Of a DNA stretch of 64,000 bases, positions 44,767-54,329 are shown piece after piece. Under the pieces are notes generated by a model. That model saw only the letters and a program-made list of their open reading frames with translations. It did no database searches and was not told the origin of the DNA. Origin of the DNA: a virus; the IMG/VR virus record IMGVR_UViG_3300030012_002528, positions 28,262 to 92,261 of that record; one strand, given 5' to 3'. A program made the position numbers and the translations under genes. Position 1 is the stretch's first letter. Each line of letters opens with the position of its first letter.

Positions 44767-45637
44767 AATGGGAAGTAGGGGACGAATGGTAAGGGAGATT
44801 CAGTCCTTTTTAGGTGCTGTCGATGTAGATGGCATATTTGGTCCTCAAACAGAGGATGCAGTAAAGACCTTTCAAAAGGTCAGAGGTTTAGTGGTTGATG
44901 GACTTGTTGGTCCTAAGACACTAGAGGCTATGAGTCTACTAGATACGGATTTAACCGTAGACAAAGCTATCGATTCAAAGTTTACTTATGACACTCATTA
45001 CCTGCCTACAGGAGAGTATCTAAACGGTCCTACCACAAAGGAGTATGCGTTCTTGCATTTCACAGCAGGATGGCACAATCCTTACAAGTGTATCGACCAT
45101 TGGGGCAGAGACAGTAGAGGACGTATTGCAACTGAGTTTGTGTTAGGAGGTCCTTCTATTAAGGGTGACGATGATACCTATGATGGTAGAATGGTACAAG
45201 CCTTCCCATCAGGAGCTTATGCTTGGCATATCGGTAGGAATGGTTCTCAGTATATGCACGAGCATTCTGTAGGATTAGAAATTTGCAACTGGGGCTATCT
45301 TAAAGGGGGTAAGACTTGGGCAGGGGTAAAAGCAGACCCTTCTCAATTTGTAACTTTAGCTGAACCTTTCAAGGGGATGAGTCAGTGGCACAGGTTCTCA
45401 GATGCACAGATAGAGAAAGTTCGTGAGTGGCTATACTTCATTGCTGAGAGAGACGGTATTGATATCCGTGAGGGTCTTCCTAAATGGATTAAGCAAGAGG
45501 GTGCAAAGGCTTTTGAATGGAAAGAAGAAGCATACAGAGGTTTGATTAAGGGTGTGTTGTCCCATACAAACACAAACAAGGGTAAGTGTGATATTCACCC
45601 ACAACAGGAGATGATGGATATGTTAGTCAGCTTATGA
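44756..45637 (+). CDS. endolysin: peptidoglycan-binding domain + N-acetylmuramoyl-L-alanine amidase
   Basis: DGIFGPQT..AVK.FQ...GL.VDG.VGPKT; LHFTAG, AWH.G, SVGLEI, SH...K.D..P. Confidence 0.9.
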   Translation: MVYRMGSRGRMVREIQSFLGAVDVDGIFGPQTEDAVKTFQKVRGLVVDGLVGPKTLEAMSLLDTDLTVDKAIDSKFTYDTHYLPTGEYLNGPTTKEYAFLHFTAGWHNPYKCIDHWGRDSRGRIATEFVLGGPSIKGDDDTYDGRMVQAFPSGAYAWHIGRNGSQYMHEHSVGLEICNWGYLKGGKTWAGVKADPSQFVTLAEPFKGMSQWHRFSDAQIEKVREWLYFIAERDGIDIREGLPKWIKQEGAKAFEWKEEAYRGLIKGVLSHTNTNKGKCDIHPQQEMMDMLVSL

Positions 45638-46767
45638 TGAAGATAGGTTTAAATATGATTGTAAGAGACGAAGGTAAAGTTATTAAACGTGTCTTAGATA
45701 GTGTTGCTCCTCTTATCGACTGGTACACAATAGTGGATACAGGGTCTGAGGACAACACTAAAGCAATCATTAAAGAGGTAATGGATGGTCACGGTGTTGA
45801 AGGTGAAATAGTAGACCACGAATGGTTAAGTTTCAGTGACGCTAGAAATAAGGCTATACAGTCTATGAAAGGTAAGGCTGACTGGGGATTCATTATTGAT
45901 GCTGATGAGCAACTTATTTTAGATAACTTAAATAAGGAGGAACTGTTGTCTTTTCTAGACGGTCATAATCAAGCTGATGTGACGGTCAATTTTGGAGGCA
46001 CAACCTACAATCGAAACGCATTCTTGAACGTAAACTACGATTGGGAATGGGTGGGCCCCTGTCACTCTTATCTTAGATTAAATAAAGGAGCTGTTAGTAA
46101 TGCAGGAATTAGACAGGACATTGTAATCAAAGTCAATACAGATGGTAATAGTTGGGGAAACTCTACCGTATCGGATTTGAAAATAAAGTATACGACCAAG
46201 GCTCTCATACTAGAAGACTATCTAGAAAAGGACCCTAGTCCTAGATGGGTATTTTATATAGCTAACTCCTACAAAGATGCCTTTGAATACGAGAAAGCAA
46301 TTGAATGGTACGAGAAGAGGCTTGAAATGGATGGGTATTGGGAAGAGAAGTATATGTCTCAGCTCTATATGGGGGAATGTTTAGTGAAAATGGGAGCAGA
46401 AAATAAAGATATCATTCATAAATTGTCTTTATGTTCTCAACTTGACCCTAAAAGAGCAGAGCACCTTTATAAGATAGCATTATTGTACCAAGAGGAGGGT
46501 AATTGGCAAATGTCGTATATGATTACTAAATTTGCTACAGAAAAGTTACCTAATAGCCCATATCCTAAGTCAAGCCTTTTCCTTGATGATTCTGTTTATA
46601 ATTGGAAGATGCTAGACATCCACTCCTTAAGTTGCTACAGAATGGGTTACAAAGGGGAAGTAATGCAACTCATTCACTTCCTGCAGTATGCTATCAAGCA
46701 TAACAACGTACCTTCTGCTCATCTAGAAAGAATAGAAAAGAATATAGAACACTTTTATAATATGTAA
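45634..46767 (+). CDS. GT2 glycosyltransferase with TPR C-terminus
   Basis: MIVRDE, VDTGSEDNT, F..ARN, IDADE; TPR helices. Confidence 0.9.
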   Translation: MMKIGLNMIVRDEGKVIKRVLDSVAPLIDWYTIVDTGSEDNTKAIIKEVMDGHGVEGEIVDHEWLSFSDARNKAIQSMKGKADWGFIIDADEQLILDNLNKEELLSFLDGHNQADVTVNFGGTTYNRNAFLNVNYDWEWVGPCHSYLRLNKGAVSNAGIRQDIVIKVNTDGNSWGNSTVSDLKIKYTTKALILEDYLEKDPSPRWVFYIANSYKDAFEYEKAIEWYEKRLEMDGYWEEKYMSQLYMGECLVKMGAENKDIIHKLSLCSQLDPKRAEHLYKIALLYQEEGNWQMSYMITKFATEKLPNSPYPKSSLFLDDSVYNWKMLDIHSLSCYRMGYKGEVMQLIHFLQYAIKHNNVPSAHLERIEKNIEHFYNM

Positions 46768-46870
46768 TTAAATTAGACATGGAATTATTAATAATAGGTG
46801 GGATAATAGTAATTGTATTTGGAGTGATAGCTCTAATAGATTTTATTTTTCCCGATAAAAAAGATTAAGT

Positions 46871-47413
46871 ATGTATATAAACTTTGATGTCCTCGACAAA
46901 GCACAGATGACGTATCCTTCATTTGTTCTTCTCATTGCTGTTAAACAAAACGACTGCGATAAACTATGGATGGATTCTGACCATGTAGAAAAGTATATGA
47001 GTCTATTACTGAGAGATGGGCTAGTTGACCATCGTAAATCAGATAGTTGGTATAAGATAACAAAGAAAGGTAATGCGTTTCTGAGAGACGTAGGTACTGC
47101 AGGTGTTACTGATGAAGTAAAAGCAACTTTCCTAAAGTTAGTACAACTATATAAAGACTATGGTCGTAATGTAGGTAGTGCAAATAAAGCATTAAAAGTT
47201 TTTGCTCAGTTTGTTGAGGAAACCAAAAATTTGTTTACCTTTGACCTTATTGTAGAAACCGTAGAGGAGTATCTAGTGAACAGCGAACCACAATATACGG
47301 CAAGGTTAGACTTATTTATTTGGAAGCCTGCTAATGCTTACGCTCGTAAGTTTACGATTGAAGACAGCAGACTCTACACAAAATGCAGACAAAATGCCAA
47401 TAGTATCAGCTAA
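46871..47413 (+). CDS. wHTH protein, possible replication initiator / helicase loader
   Basis: L...GLV...YKITKKG..FL; directly upstream of the helicase. Confidence 0.5.
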   Translation: MYINFDVLDKAQMTYPSFVLLIAVKQNDCDKLWMDSDHVEKYMSLLLRDGLVDHRKSDSWYKITKKGNAFLRDVGTAGVTDEVKATFLKLVQLYKDYGRNVGSANKALKVFAQFVEETKNLFTFDLIVETVEEYLVNSEPQYTARLDLFIWKPANAYARKFTIEDSRLYTKCRQNANSIS

Positions 47414-48392
47414 ACAAAAAACAGACGAGGCTGTAAAAAGTATAGCCCAATTTCAATCAGGTCAAATCAAGCCTATTTCTACAGGCTTTGAGTGGCTCGA
47501 TAAACACTTATTAGGAGGGTTTCTACCCTCCACTATAATGACCATTGGCGGTCTATCTAACCATGGTAAGACGTATCTGATGCAGAAGCTAGAGAACTAC
47601 GTTCTTGATACATCTGAGGACGTTGTATTACTGCGATGCAATTGGGAATCAGCTGTATATAAGCTTCTTCTTAGAAAGATAACGCAGAAGACAAATATGA
47701 AGATGTCAGAGGTCTTATTTAACCTTCCTGAAGGGAAGAACCTAGAGGACATCAAAGAGATATGTCAACAAGAGCGAAGAGATGGTCTATTCTACTCTGA
47801 AGAACCTGTGACAGCTTGTCAGTTCGGAGAGGAGGTGGCAACATTTTTGCAGAGTAACATAGACAAGAAGGTCATGATAACAATCGACCACGTTGGCCTG
47901 GTGAAAGGAAGAGAGAAGTCTGAAATAGATGCCCTTTTCGAAGAGATGAATAAGCTCAAGAAAATGCATCCTTATGTGTTCTTTGTTCCTCTGATGCAAC
48001 TCAAGAGAGACCTTCTTGATAGAGTTGGAAACCACCCATCAGAAGCACCTCGCCAGTTAGACTTTTATGGCTCTGACCAGCTGTTTCAGTTGTCAGACCT
48101 AGTTATGGCTGTATACAACCCTTATAAGGTTGGAGCAGTCGGTAAGTATATGGTGTTTTCCAAATATGGCTACGAGTACGTAGACATGGAGTTCATTGTC
48201 GAAGGAGGGGGAAAATATAACCACTTCAAGCCAGAGGGTAATTACTTTTACCATATGCTTAAATCAAGAGACATCGAAGATATGGAAGGCTTCGAAGATG
48301 TTTGGGTAGAAAAACTATTTGATGTGAGAGAACCTGAAGATGTGGATAAAACGTCCGAAGAAGTTAATGATAGTTTAGAAGATATTTTGTAA
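47394..48392 (+). CDS. DnaB-like replicative helicase
   Basis: ISTGF.WLD...GG, GGLSNHGKT, IDH..L, QLKR, P...DF.GSD...Q.SD. Confidence 0.85.
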   Translation: MPIVSAKQKTDEAVKSIAQFQSGQIKPISTGFEWLDKHLLGGFLPSTIMTIGGLSNHGKTYLMQKLENYVLDTSEDVVLLRCNWESAVYKLLLRKITQKTNMKMSEVLFNLPEGKNLEDIKEICQQERRDGLFYSEEPVTACQFGEEVATFLQSNIDKKVMITIDHVGLVKGREKSEIDALFEEMNKLKKMHPYVFFVPLMQLKRDLLDRVGNHPSEAPRQLDFYGSDQLFQLSDLVMAVYNPYKVGAVGKYMVFSKYGYEYVDMEFIVEGGGKYNHFKPEGNYFYHMLKSRDIEDMEGFEDVWVEKLFDVREPEDVDKTSEEVNDSLEDIL

Positions 48393-48421
48393 TTTAGTAT
48401 TATTGTTTTTAAAAACCAGTT

Positions 48422-48829
48422 ATGGATAAATTTACCAAGAAGGGAGCCGCAGCGGCCCAAGAGACTACAGCTGCACAACAACCTCCAGTTGATAATTTCA
48501 ACTATGAGACTATTGAGAATGAAATGTATGCGCCTGATACGGAGCTTACTATTTTTGGGGCGGAAATGATGCAGATAAAAGGCAGACTTGAGAAGTATCT
48601 TCACGAGAATACTCAGCCTGTATTTGGTCCTGATAACCAACCTATCGGACACTTTATGCAACCTCATGCGCGTCCTATTGCTGACTTGTATGGTCTTGTC
48701 TATCGTACCCTTCATAGAAGATTCTTTGAAGAAGGTAAGACTATGGACTTTGATACGTATAAGTCTAAAATGCAAACTTTAGCTATGGAAGCTGAAGAAA
48801 AGGAAGTAGCTGAAGCTGCTGCTGAATAA
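48422..48829 (+). CDS. hypothetical protein
   Basis: 135 aa. Confidence 0.75.
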   Translation: MDKFTKKGAAAAQETTAAQQPPVDNFNYETIENEMYAPDTELTIFGAEMMQIKGRLEKYLHENTQPVFGPDNQPIGHFMQPHARPIADLYGLVYRTLHRRFFEEGKTMDFDTYKSKMQTLAMEAEEKEVAEAAAE

Positions 48830-48850
48830 TAAAGTACTGGTACTCAGTGT

Positions 48851-48876
48851 GGGGGAGCTAATGCTCCCCTTTTTTT
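48851..48876 (+). terminator. intrinsic terminator at the strand convergence
   Basis: GGGGAGC-TAAT-GCTCCCC + T7. Confidence 0.85.
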
Positions 48877-48880
48877 ATGC

Positions 48881-48988
48881 CTAAAATATAAAATGTTTAA
48901 TGGCTACGTAAGTCATCGTGCCTAGAAGTCCTACCATTAGTGCCCAGCAAAAAAGATATAACTTCCACATCGCTTTTCCCCAACTCAT
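48881..48988 (-). CDS. small single-TM peptide (35 aa)
   Basis: MSWGKAMWKLYLFCWALMVGLLGTMTYVAIKHFIF; starts 11 nt after the 1772-aa stop. Confidence 0.5.
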   Translation of the reverse strand: MSWGKAMWKLYLFCWALMVGLLGTMTYVAIKHFIF

Positions 48989-48999
48989 ACTTGTAAATT

Positions 49000-51900
49000 T
49001 TATTTATCGTCAGATACAGCGTTAAGTAATAACTCAGACGTAGAAGGTATAACATTCTGTCTGAAGAACACATTAGAAGACCGTATAGCTCCTGCTGGGT
49101 CATCAGACAACAAAGGAGCGTAGATATTCTTCACAGGCGTAAGTTTAATCATCTTGGCCTGGTTCTTAGTTAATCCTTCATAAGGACCTTTAGTTACTTC
49201 ATCTCCTGCATCGTAAATAAAGCTAGGCAGCTCTGTGAAAGTCTTGATAGTATTCACACCAGCAGCAGGAGAGTCTAATATTTTGAGGAAGTCTCCTGCA
49301 CCTAAAGCAGTCGTAGAGATAGACTCGACAAAAGCTCTTGAGGAAATGTATGCCATATACTGACTACTCCAGCTTTCATCATTTTCATCATCATCCCCTG
49401 CTAAATTAGCTAACATATACAAGGCAAAGAGGCCTGTGATTGTATACATACCTCTTCCCATTCTTCGAAGGTTAGATTTCTCATTCTCGCTTAAATCAAG
49501 GTTGTTTTCTACAGCGTTTGCATTTGCTCCTGCTGTTAACATATAAGAACCCATTATAGCTAGGTCACGGAATCCTCCTCCCTGTTTGAATGCATCAGAA
49601 GAGAATAGTCTACCTGCTGTACGGTAATTACCTTCATCCTCTGTACCTGTAATATAATCAAAGTCTTTTTTCTTGAACCTTCCTTCTATACCTCTCTGGA
49701 GGAATCCTCGGTGCATATATAATAATGCTCCAATTGGATGTTTAGAAAATAAAGCTCTTTCTTCTTGCGAAGTCTGACCTTCAATCATATTATGTGCATT
49801 TTCGGCAGTTCTATTTATAAATGCTGCCGTTGTGTCAATATCTTGTTCTAACACACCATCTTTAATCATCTTAGCTCTATCTATTTCCATAGAGTTAGAT
49901 GTAGGCTTAAGGTAGTTGTAAAAAGAATTAGGTCGCATAGCAGTCCATGCTGTATCTATTTCTTGCTTAGTCATGTTAGGATTCCTTTTCTGCATCTCAA
50001 CATTGAACTGTTGTCTGTTGATGAACCTGGATTTTCCTGTGACTTCATCTTTGTACAGACGGTTGTTATCATATACTGCCATTATAGCTACAACTCCGTT
50101 AGTTTTACTAAACAGTTCATAAGCAAGATATCCTGGATTTGCCCTCATAACAGAACGATTAGCTCTGTTAGTGAATATACCTTTGGTCATTTGCTCTTGT
50201 CTCGCTATACCTGAAAAGTTAAGTAAATTATCACCGATACTTTTCTGTACGAGTTTACCTGATTCCAAAAACATCCTAGGAACTGTCTTAGATGCATTTA
50301 ATTGAGCCCAATTAAGACTTTCATCACTGAAATATTTTTTGGTAGCCGCAAGCACTCTCCTCTGTGTTGTAGAAGTTATCTGACCTACAACAGGTACATA
50401 TATATTAAATGCAAGGTTAGCGTTAGACACAAACTTGTATAATGCTCTTAATATTTTTGTAACTGATATTTTGGTACCAAAAACAGAAAACTCTCCCATA
50501 TCTGTACTCTTGTTTCCATACATAAATGAATCGAGCCAAGAGTCGAGTTTTGTTAAGGTATTAGTCAATGCTTTTCCGTCAGGGGTTTGCGAATTGGCTA
50601 CCGTATCTCTCATTAAGTTAATATCCGTGATGATTTTACCTTTCTCAGAATAGTTATAGGCCATTTGAGCATAACTCATGTACATATATCCTATATCTTT
50701 GGTAAGTTCTCCAGGGTCTTCCATTAACTTTGTAAAGTATCTTGGGATACTTTTTGTATTAACTCCAAATGCTTTGTTAGACCTTTCTCCAAAGTCTTCA
50801 TCGTAATTATCGACTACGAAGTTTCTTTTAAACCAAGCTTTAAGTTTTGGACCAGATACCGCACTCTCGTTAGCGTAACGTCTAACTTGAGGTAACTGGT
50901 AATATCCGTTAGAAATGTCTGCCTTCCTATCTAGCTCTCTTTTGAGTTCTAGGAAATATTCTCTAGCTTCAAACAGGTTTTTGTTGCGAGTAGGATTTTT
51001 AGAGTAAATATCACCTTTGTCTATTCCAAATAATTCAAAATATTCTTGGTCAAAATACTTATCCTGCATTTCTTGACTCAGCTTAGGCTGAGGAGCCCCT
51101 TTTTGTGCGAGTTCTTCGTTAAAATTAGGATTTAAAAACTGCTGGTCAACAGAAGTCATTTCCCACAAGAACTTAGGCTTTGGAGTCCTTTCTAATAGAT
51201 ATCCATTTTCAATAGGCGTAAAAGATGTATAGTATGACTTAGAAGGAACAGGTCTTCCAAATCGGTCTTTCTTGCCTCTTATAGTATTCTCATATAACCA
51301 GTTAGATAATGCTCTAGGGTCATTAAGTTGTTTAATTCTTTTAAGTTCCTTCTGGAATGAGGAGTTACCCATCCTTTCGAAATCAATTTTACCATCTGCC
51401 CAATTACCTTGGAAGCTTCTTAAGAATGAATCAATCATATCTAATTCAGCTCTTACGACCTGGTTTCTGTCTACTGCTGCTCCATCTATTTCTCCAGAGA
51501 TACTAGAAGAACGGTAAGGCTTCAATAAGTTTTGTTTTTTCTGTCTTAAAGCATCATAGATATCTTGCAGTGAACTGTTCTCATCAAGTTTAGTAACCTG
51601 TAGAGTACCGTTTACTTCTCTAGTAAGGAGCAAGTTCTGAGTAGCTCTTATTTTGAAGTCTAGTAGGCCTCCTGCTGCTTGTAAAGCTGCTTCAGTGTCG
51701 TCTACGTCTACCTCAAACTCTGAAGTGTCATAATCAATGTCATAGGACTGATATGCAAAAGTCGATAACCATAATTTATAATCAGCTTTACTTAAAGTTC
51801 TTTCTGCTTCTTGTCTTGCTTGTTCGAACCTTGCTTCAGCTTCAGGAGATATTTCAGCATCAGATGCGCTAAAATAGTCTCTAATGTCTAATGCTATAGC

Positions 51901-54318
51901 TAATTCTAAATCATCCTTTAGAGTTCCATCAGAGTTGTACATAGACTGCATCGCTTTGATGTCAGAATAAATTTGTTTTAACTCTGCATTATCAGCTACA
52001 GTGATGTTATTATAATTTACTTTTCCTGTAGTCTTGTCGTAGTACTTAGAAAGTATTTTGTTTTTAGAAGCAGAGTAGTCTCTAAGAATGTCTTGTGCTT
52101 GTTGTAGTCGTCTGCTACTCTTAGTTATGTAGTTGACTCCTGTTTTTCTATCTGCAAGTTTTGCATAAAACTCAGCAGTGAATCGAGTTTCAGTCCACTT
52201 TTGAGAGTGAGCAAGCATAGCAGCTCTCCACGAATCCCTAATTTTAGCATCTTTGACTAAGAACTGAGGGTCTGATTTATCTAGAGTAGCTAACTGCTTC
52301 TCATATTCCTCATTGATTTTATTAATTTCTTCTTGCTTATCTTTGAGATACTCTCGCATCTTCCAAGGGTTAAGCATAAAACCATCCTTCATTAGTTTTG
52401 CCGTGTCTTCTCTAGACAACCCTAGTCTTTGTTGAAGGTCTACCATATCTCCGTAAACACGGTCAGTATGTTGCTTAACTAGCTCTACTGATTTAAGGTA
52501 TAGAGCTGCTATAAGTTTAAGAGCAGGGTGTCCTGCACTTTCGTAAAAAGAGTAAACTTTAGCATTGAACCATGAAAGGTCCTCATATACATTTGTAGAT
52601 AATTTAATTAATTCATTATTAACATCCTCCTGTGATGCTTTTGCCCCTAAAGTAGTTTTAAGTTCTAATTTAGTCTTTGCTTTGGCAAGTCCTCTAAAGT
52701 CAGAAATATTTTCTTGGACACTACTTTTTAACTGATTAGAAAGCTCTTTTAGTCTTGCTATATCAGACTGACTAATTTGTCCCAAAGGATTATTATCAGC
52801 AGCATTTCCTATTTCTCCCTCTATTGTCTCTAAAAAGTTATCTATCATTTTTAGGAACTGAGGAATATTTTGATAAAACGTAATTAAGTTTTGAGCGTTA
52901 ACATTGCCCAAATGTCCTAACATATTTTCATACCCTACTTCCTTCCGCTGAGCCATCGTAGCTTTTGCATCTCTAATAGCTGTATTGGTTCGCTGCATAT
53001 CCTGTGAAAGAGACATAAGAGAGGCGTGTAACGCTCTCATATAATCAGCTTGACCAATAGACTCGATGATTTTTTGTATCTGTGCTCTTTTTTGATTAGT
53101 AAAGCTCCTTGCAGTGCCCTTACTTAAAGAGTTGTACACTTGTTGCATCTGTCTTAGGAAATTAGTAAGACTATCTTGTATCTGTTGGTCTTGTGCCGTT
53201 GCTGCGTAATATACTTCTCTAGACTGTACTGCACTAAAACCCTCAGTTCTTCCTTCTCTTACACCTAAAGAAATATCATCTAATACTTTACCAAAGTCTC
53301 TAAAGAACTCCTGATTTGCATCAGTTACTCTAAACATATCAAAGAACCTTTGGATAGCATCTCCTAAAGGTTGAAAAATACTCTCTCTAAATTGATTAGC
53401 AGTTCTTGTAATAGCGTTTCTCGGAGAGTCTTCTTTCAGGTTCTTTATCATTCTTTCAGCAAGAATCTTACCTAAGACCTCTTTTCGCACCATTCTTTCC
53501 AAAGCTTGTCCTGATGCTTGTTTTGAATACAACTGTCTGTACTTAGCAGCCTCTGCCTTGTAAACGTCAGTTTCAGGTATCCTCTCTAACATAGAATCAA
53601 TGATGCCTTGGTCATTAAAATATTCTACGGCAAAGTGGGCTACCTCCTCTGAAAGTTGGTCTACACTTCTGTCGTTTGAGACTGCAATCACTTGTTCCAT
53701 TATGTCCGCTAATGCTTCTACAGTGGGAGGTACTCCGTTTTTCTTGGAGTACTGCTCAATGTATTGGTCCATGCTGACTACAGAAATACCCATAGATGTG
53801 GCAAAGTCCCTTAGTTTCTGTAAAACTTGACTATTTGTATCTAATGTTGCAGGTCTTTTGGCTCTCTGTGTTTCTTCTATGATTACTTCATCAAGCATTT
53901 TAATTTTCATAGAAGTTTTGAGACCTCTGACTTTATTGAAAGTCGTACTTAAGTCGTCTCCTGCTTTAAACCTTTCGTAGTAATTATCTACATTAAGTTC
54001 TACAACCTCATTAGTAGTCGAGTCTCTAAAGGACTTTACAGGGGAGTTCTGTTGGTCCATTAAGACCTCGTCTAAAACAACATACCTGTCTCCTGTCTTG
54101 CTATCTTCTATAACAGATGCAAAATCAGTTGACTCGAACATGTCAGAAATTTTCTGAAGTACAGCAATTTCATTTATGTTATTTGTTAATTTGTAAACAT
54201 ACTGATTAGGTTCAGGAATAGCTTTTAATTTACCTGAATTAATATCAGAAAGCACCGCAGCTTTAAGTAAATTTTTATTTGGATATGTTATCCCTTTGTA
54301 TTTAAATGAACACGCCAT
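49000..54318 (-). CDS. giant virion cargo/ejection-type protein (1772 aa)
   Basis: helical composition, zincin-like EEVAH, C-terminal hydrophobic segments; position in the late operon. Confidence 0.65.
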   Translation of the reverse strand: MACSFKYKGITYPNKNLLKAAVLSDINSGKLKAIPEPNQYVYKLTNNINEIAVLQKISDMFESTDFASVIEDSKTGDRYVVLDEVLMDQQNSPVKSFRDSTTNEVVELNVDNYYERFKAGDDLSTTFNKVRGLKTSMKIKMLDEVIIEETQRAKRPATLDTNSQVLQKLRDFATSMGISVVSMDQYIEQYSKKNGVPPTVEALADIMEQVIAVSNDRSVDQLSEEVAHFAVEYFNDQGIIDSMLERIPETDVYKAEAAKYRQLYSKQASGQALERMVRKEVLGKILAERMIKNLKEDSPRNAITRTANQFRESIFQPLGDAIQRFFDMFRVTDANQEFFRDFGKVLDDISLGVREGRTEGFSAVQSREVYYAATAQDQQIQDSLTNFLRQMQQVYNSLSKGTARSFTNQKRAQIQKIIESIGQADYMRALHASLMSLSQDMQRTNTAIRDAKATMAQRKEVGYENMLGHLGNVNAQNLITFYQNIPQFLKMIDNFLETIEGEIGNAADNNPLGQISQSDIARLKELSNQLKSSVQENISDFRGLAKAKTKLELKTTLGAKASQEDVNNELIKLSTNVYEDLSWFNAKVYSFYESAGHPALKLIAALYLKSVELVKQHTDRVYGDMVDLQQRLGLSREDTAKLMKDGFMLNPWKMREYLKDKQEEINKINEEYEKQLATLDKSDPQFLVKDAKIRDSWRAAMLAHSQKWTETRFTAEFYAKLADRKTGVNYITKSSRRLQQAQDILRDYSASKNKILSKYYDKTTGKVNYNNITVADNAELKQIYSDIKAMQSMYNSDGTLKDDLELAIALDIRDYFSASDAEISPEAEARFEQARQEAERTLSKADYKLWLSTFAYQSYDIDYDTSEFEVDVDDTEAALQAAGGLLDFKIRATQNLLLTREVNGTLQVTKLDENSSLQDIYDALRQKKQNLLKPYRSSSISGEIDGAAVDRNQVVRAELDMIDSFLRSFQGNWADGKIDFERMGNSSFQKELKRIKQLNDPRALSNWLYENTIRGKKDRFGRPVPSKSYYTSFTPIENGYLLERTPKPKFLWEMTSVDQQFLNPNFNEELAQKGAPQPKLSQEMQDKYFDQEYFELFGIDKGDIYSKNPTRNKNLFEAREYFLELKRELDRKADISNGYYQLPQVRRYANESAVSGPKLKAWFKRNFVVDNYDEDFGERSNKAFGVNTKSIPRYFTKLMEDPGELTKDIGYMYMSYAQMAYNYSEKGKIITDINLMRDTVANSQTPDGKALTNTLTKLDSWLDSFMYGNKSTDMGEFSVFGTKISVTKILRALYKFVSNANLAFNIYVPVVGQITSTTQRRVLAATKKYFSDESLNWAQLNASKTVPRMFLESGKLVQKSIGDNLLNFSGIARQEQMTKGIFTNRANRSVMRANPGYLAYELFSKTNGVVAIMAVYDNNRLYKDEVTGKSRFINRQQFNVEMQKRNPNMTKQEIDTAWTAMRPNSFYNYLKPTSNSMEIDRAKMIKDGVLEQDIDTTAAFINRTAENAHNMIEGQTSQEERALFSKHPIGALLYMHRGFLQRGIEGRFKKKDFDYITGTEDEGNYRTAGRLFSSDAFKQGGGFRDLAIMGSYMLTAGANANAVENNLDLSENEKSNLRRMGRGMYTITGLFALYMLANLAGDDDENDESWSSQYMAYISSRAFVESISTTALGAGDFLKILDSPAAGVNTIKTFTELPSFIYDAGDEVTKGPYEGLTKNQAKMIKLTPVKNIYAPLLSDDPAGAIRSSNVFFRQNVIPSTSELLLNAVSDDK

Positions 54319-54329
54319 TAGTTTGGTTT

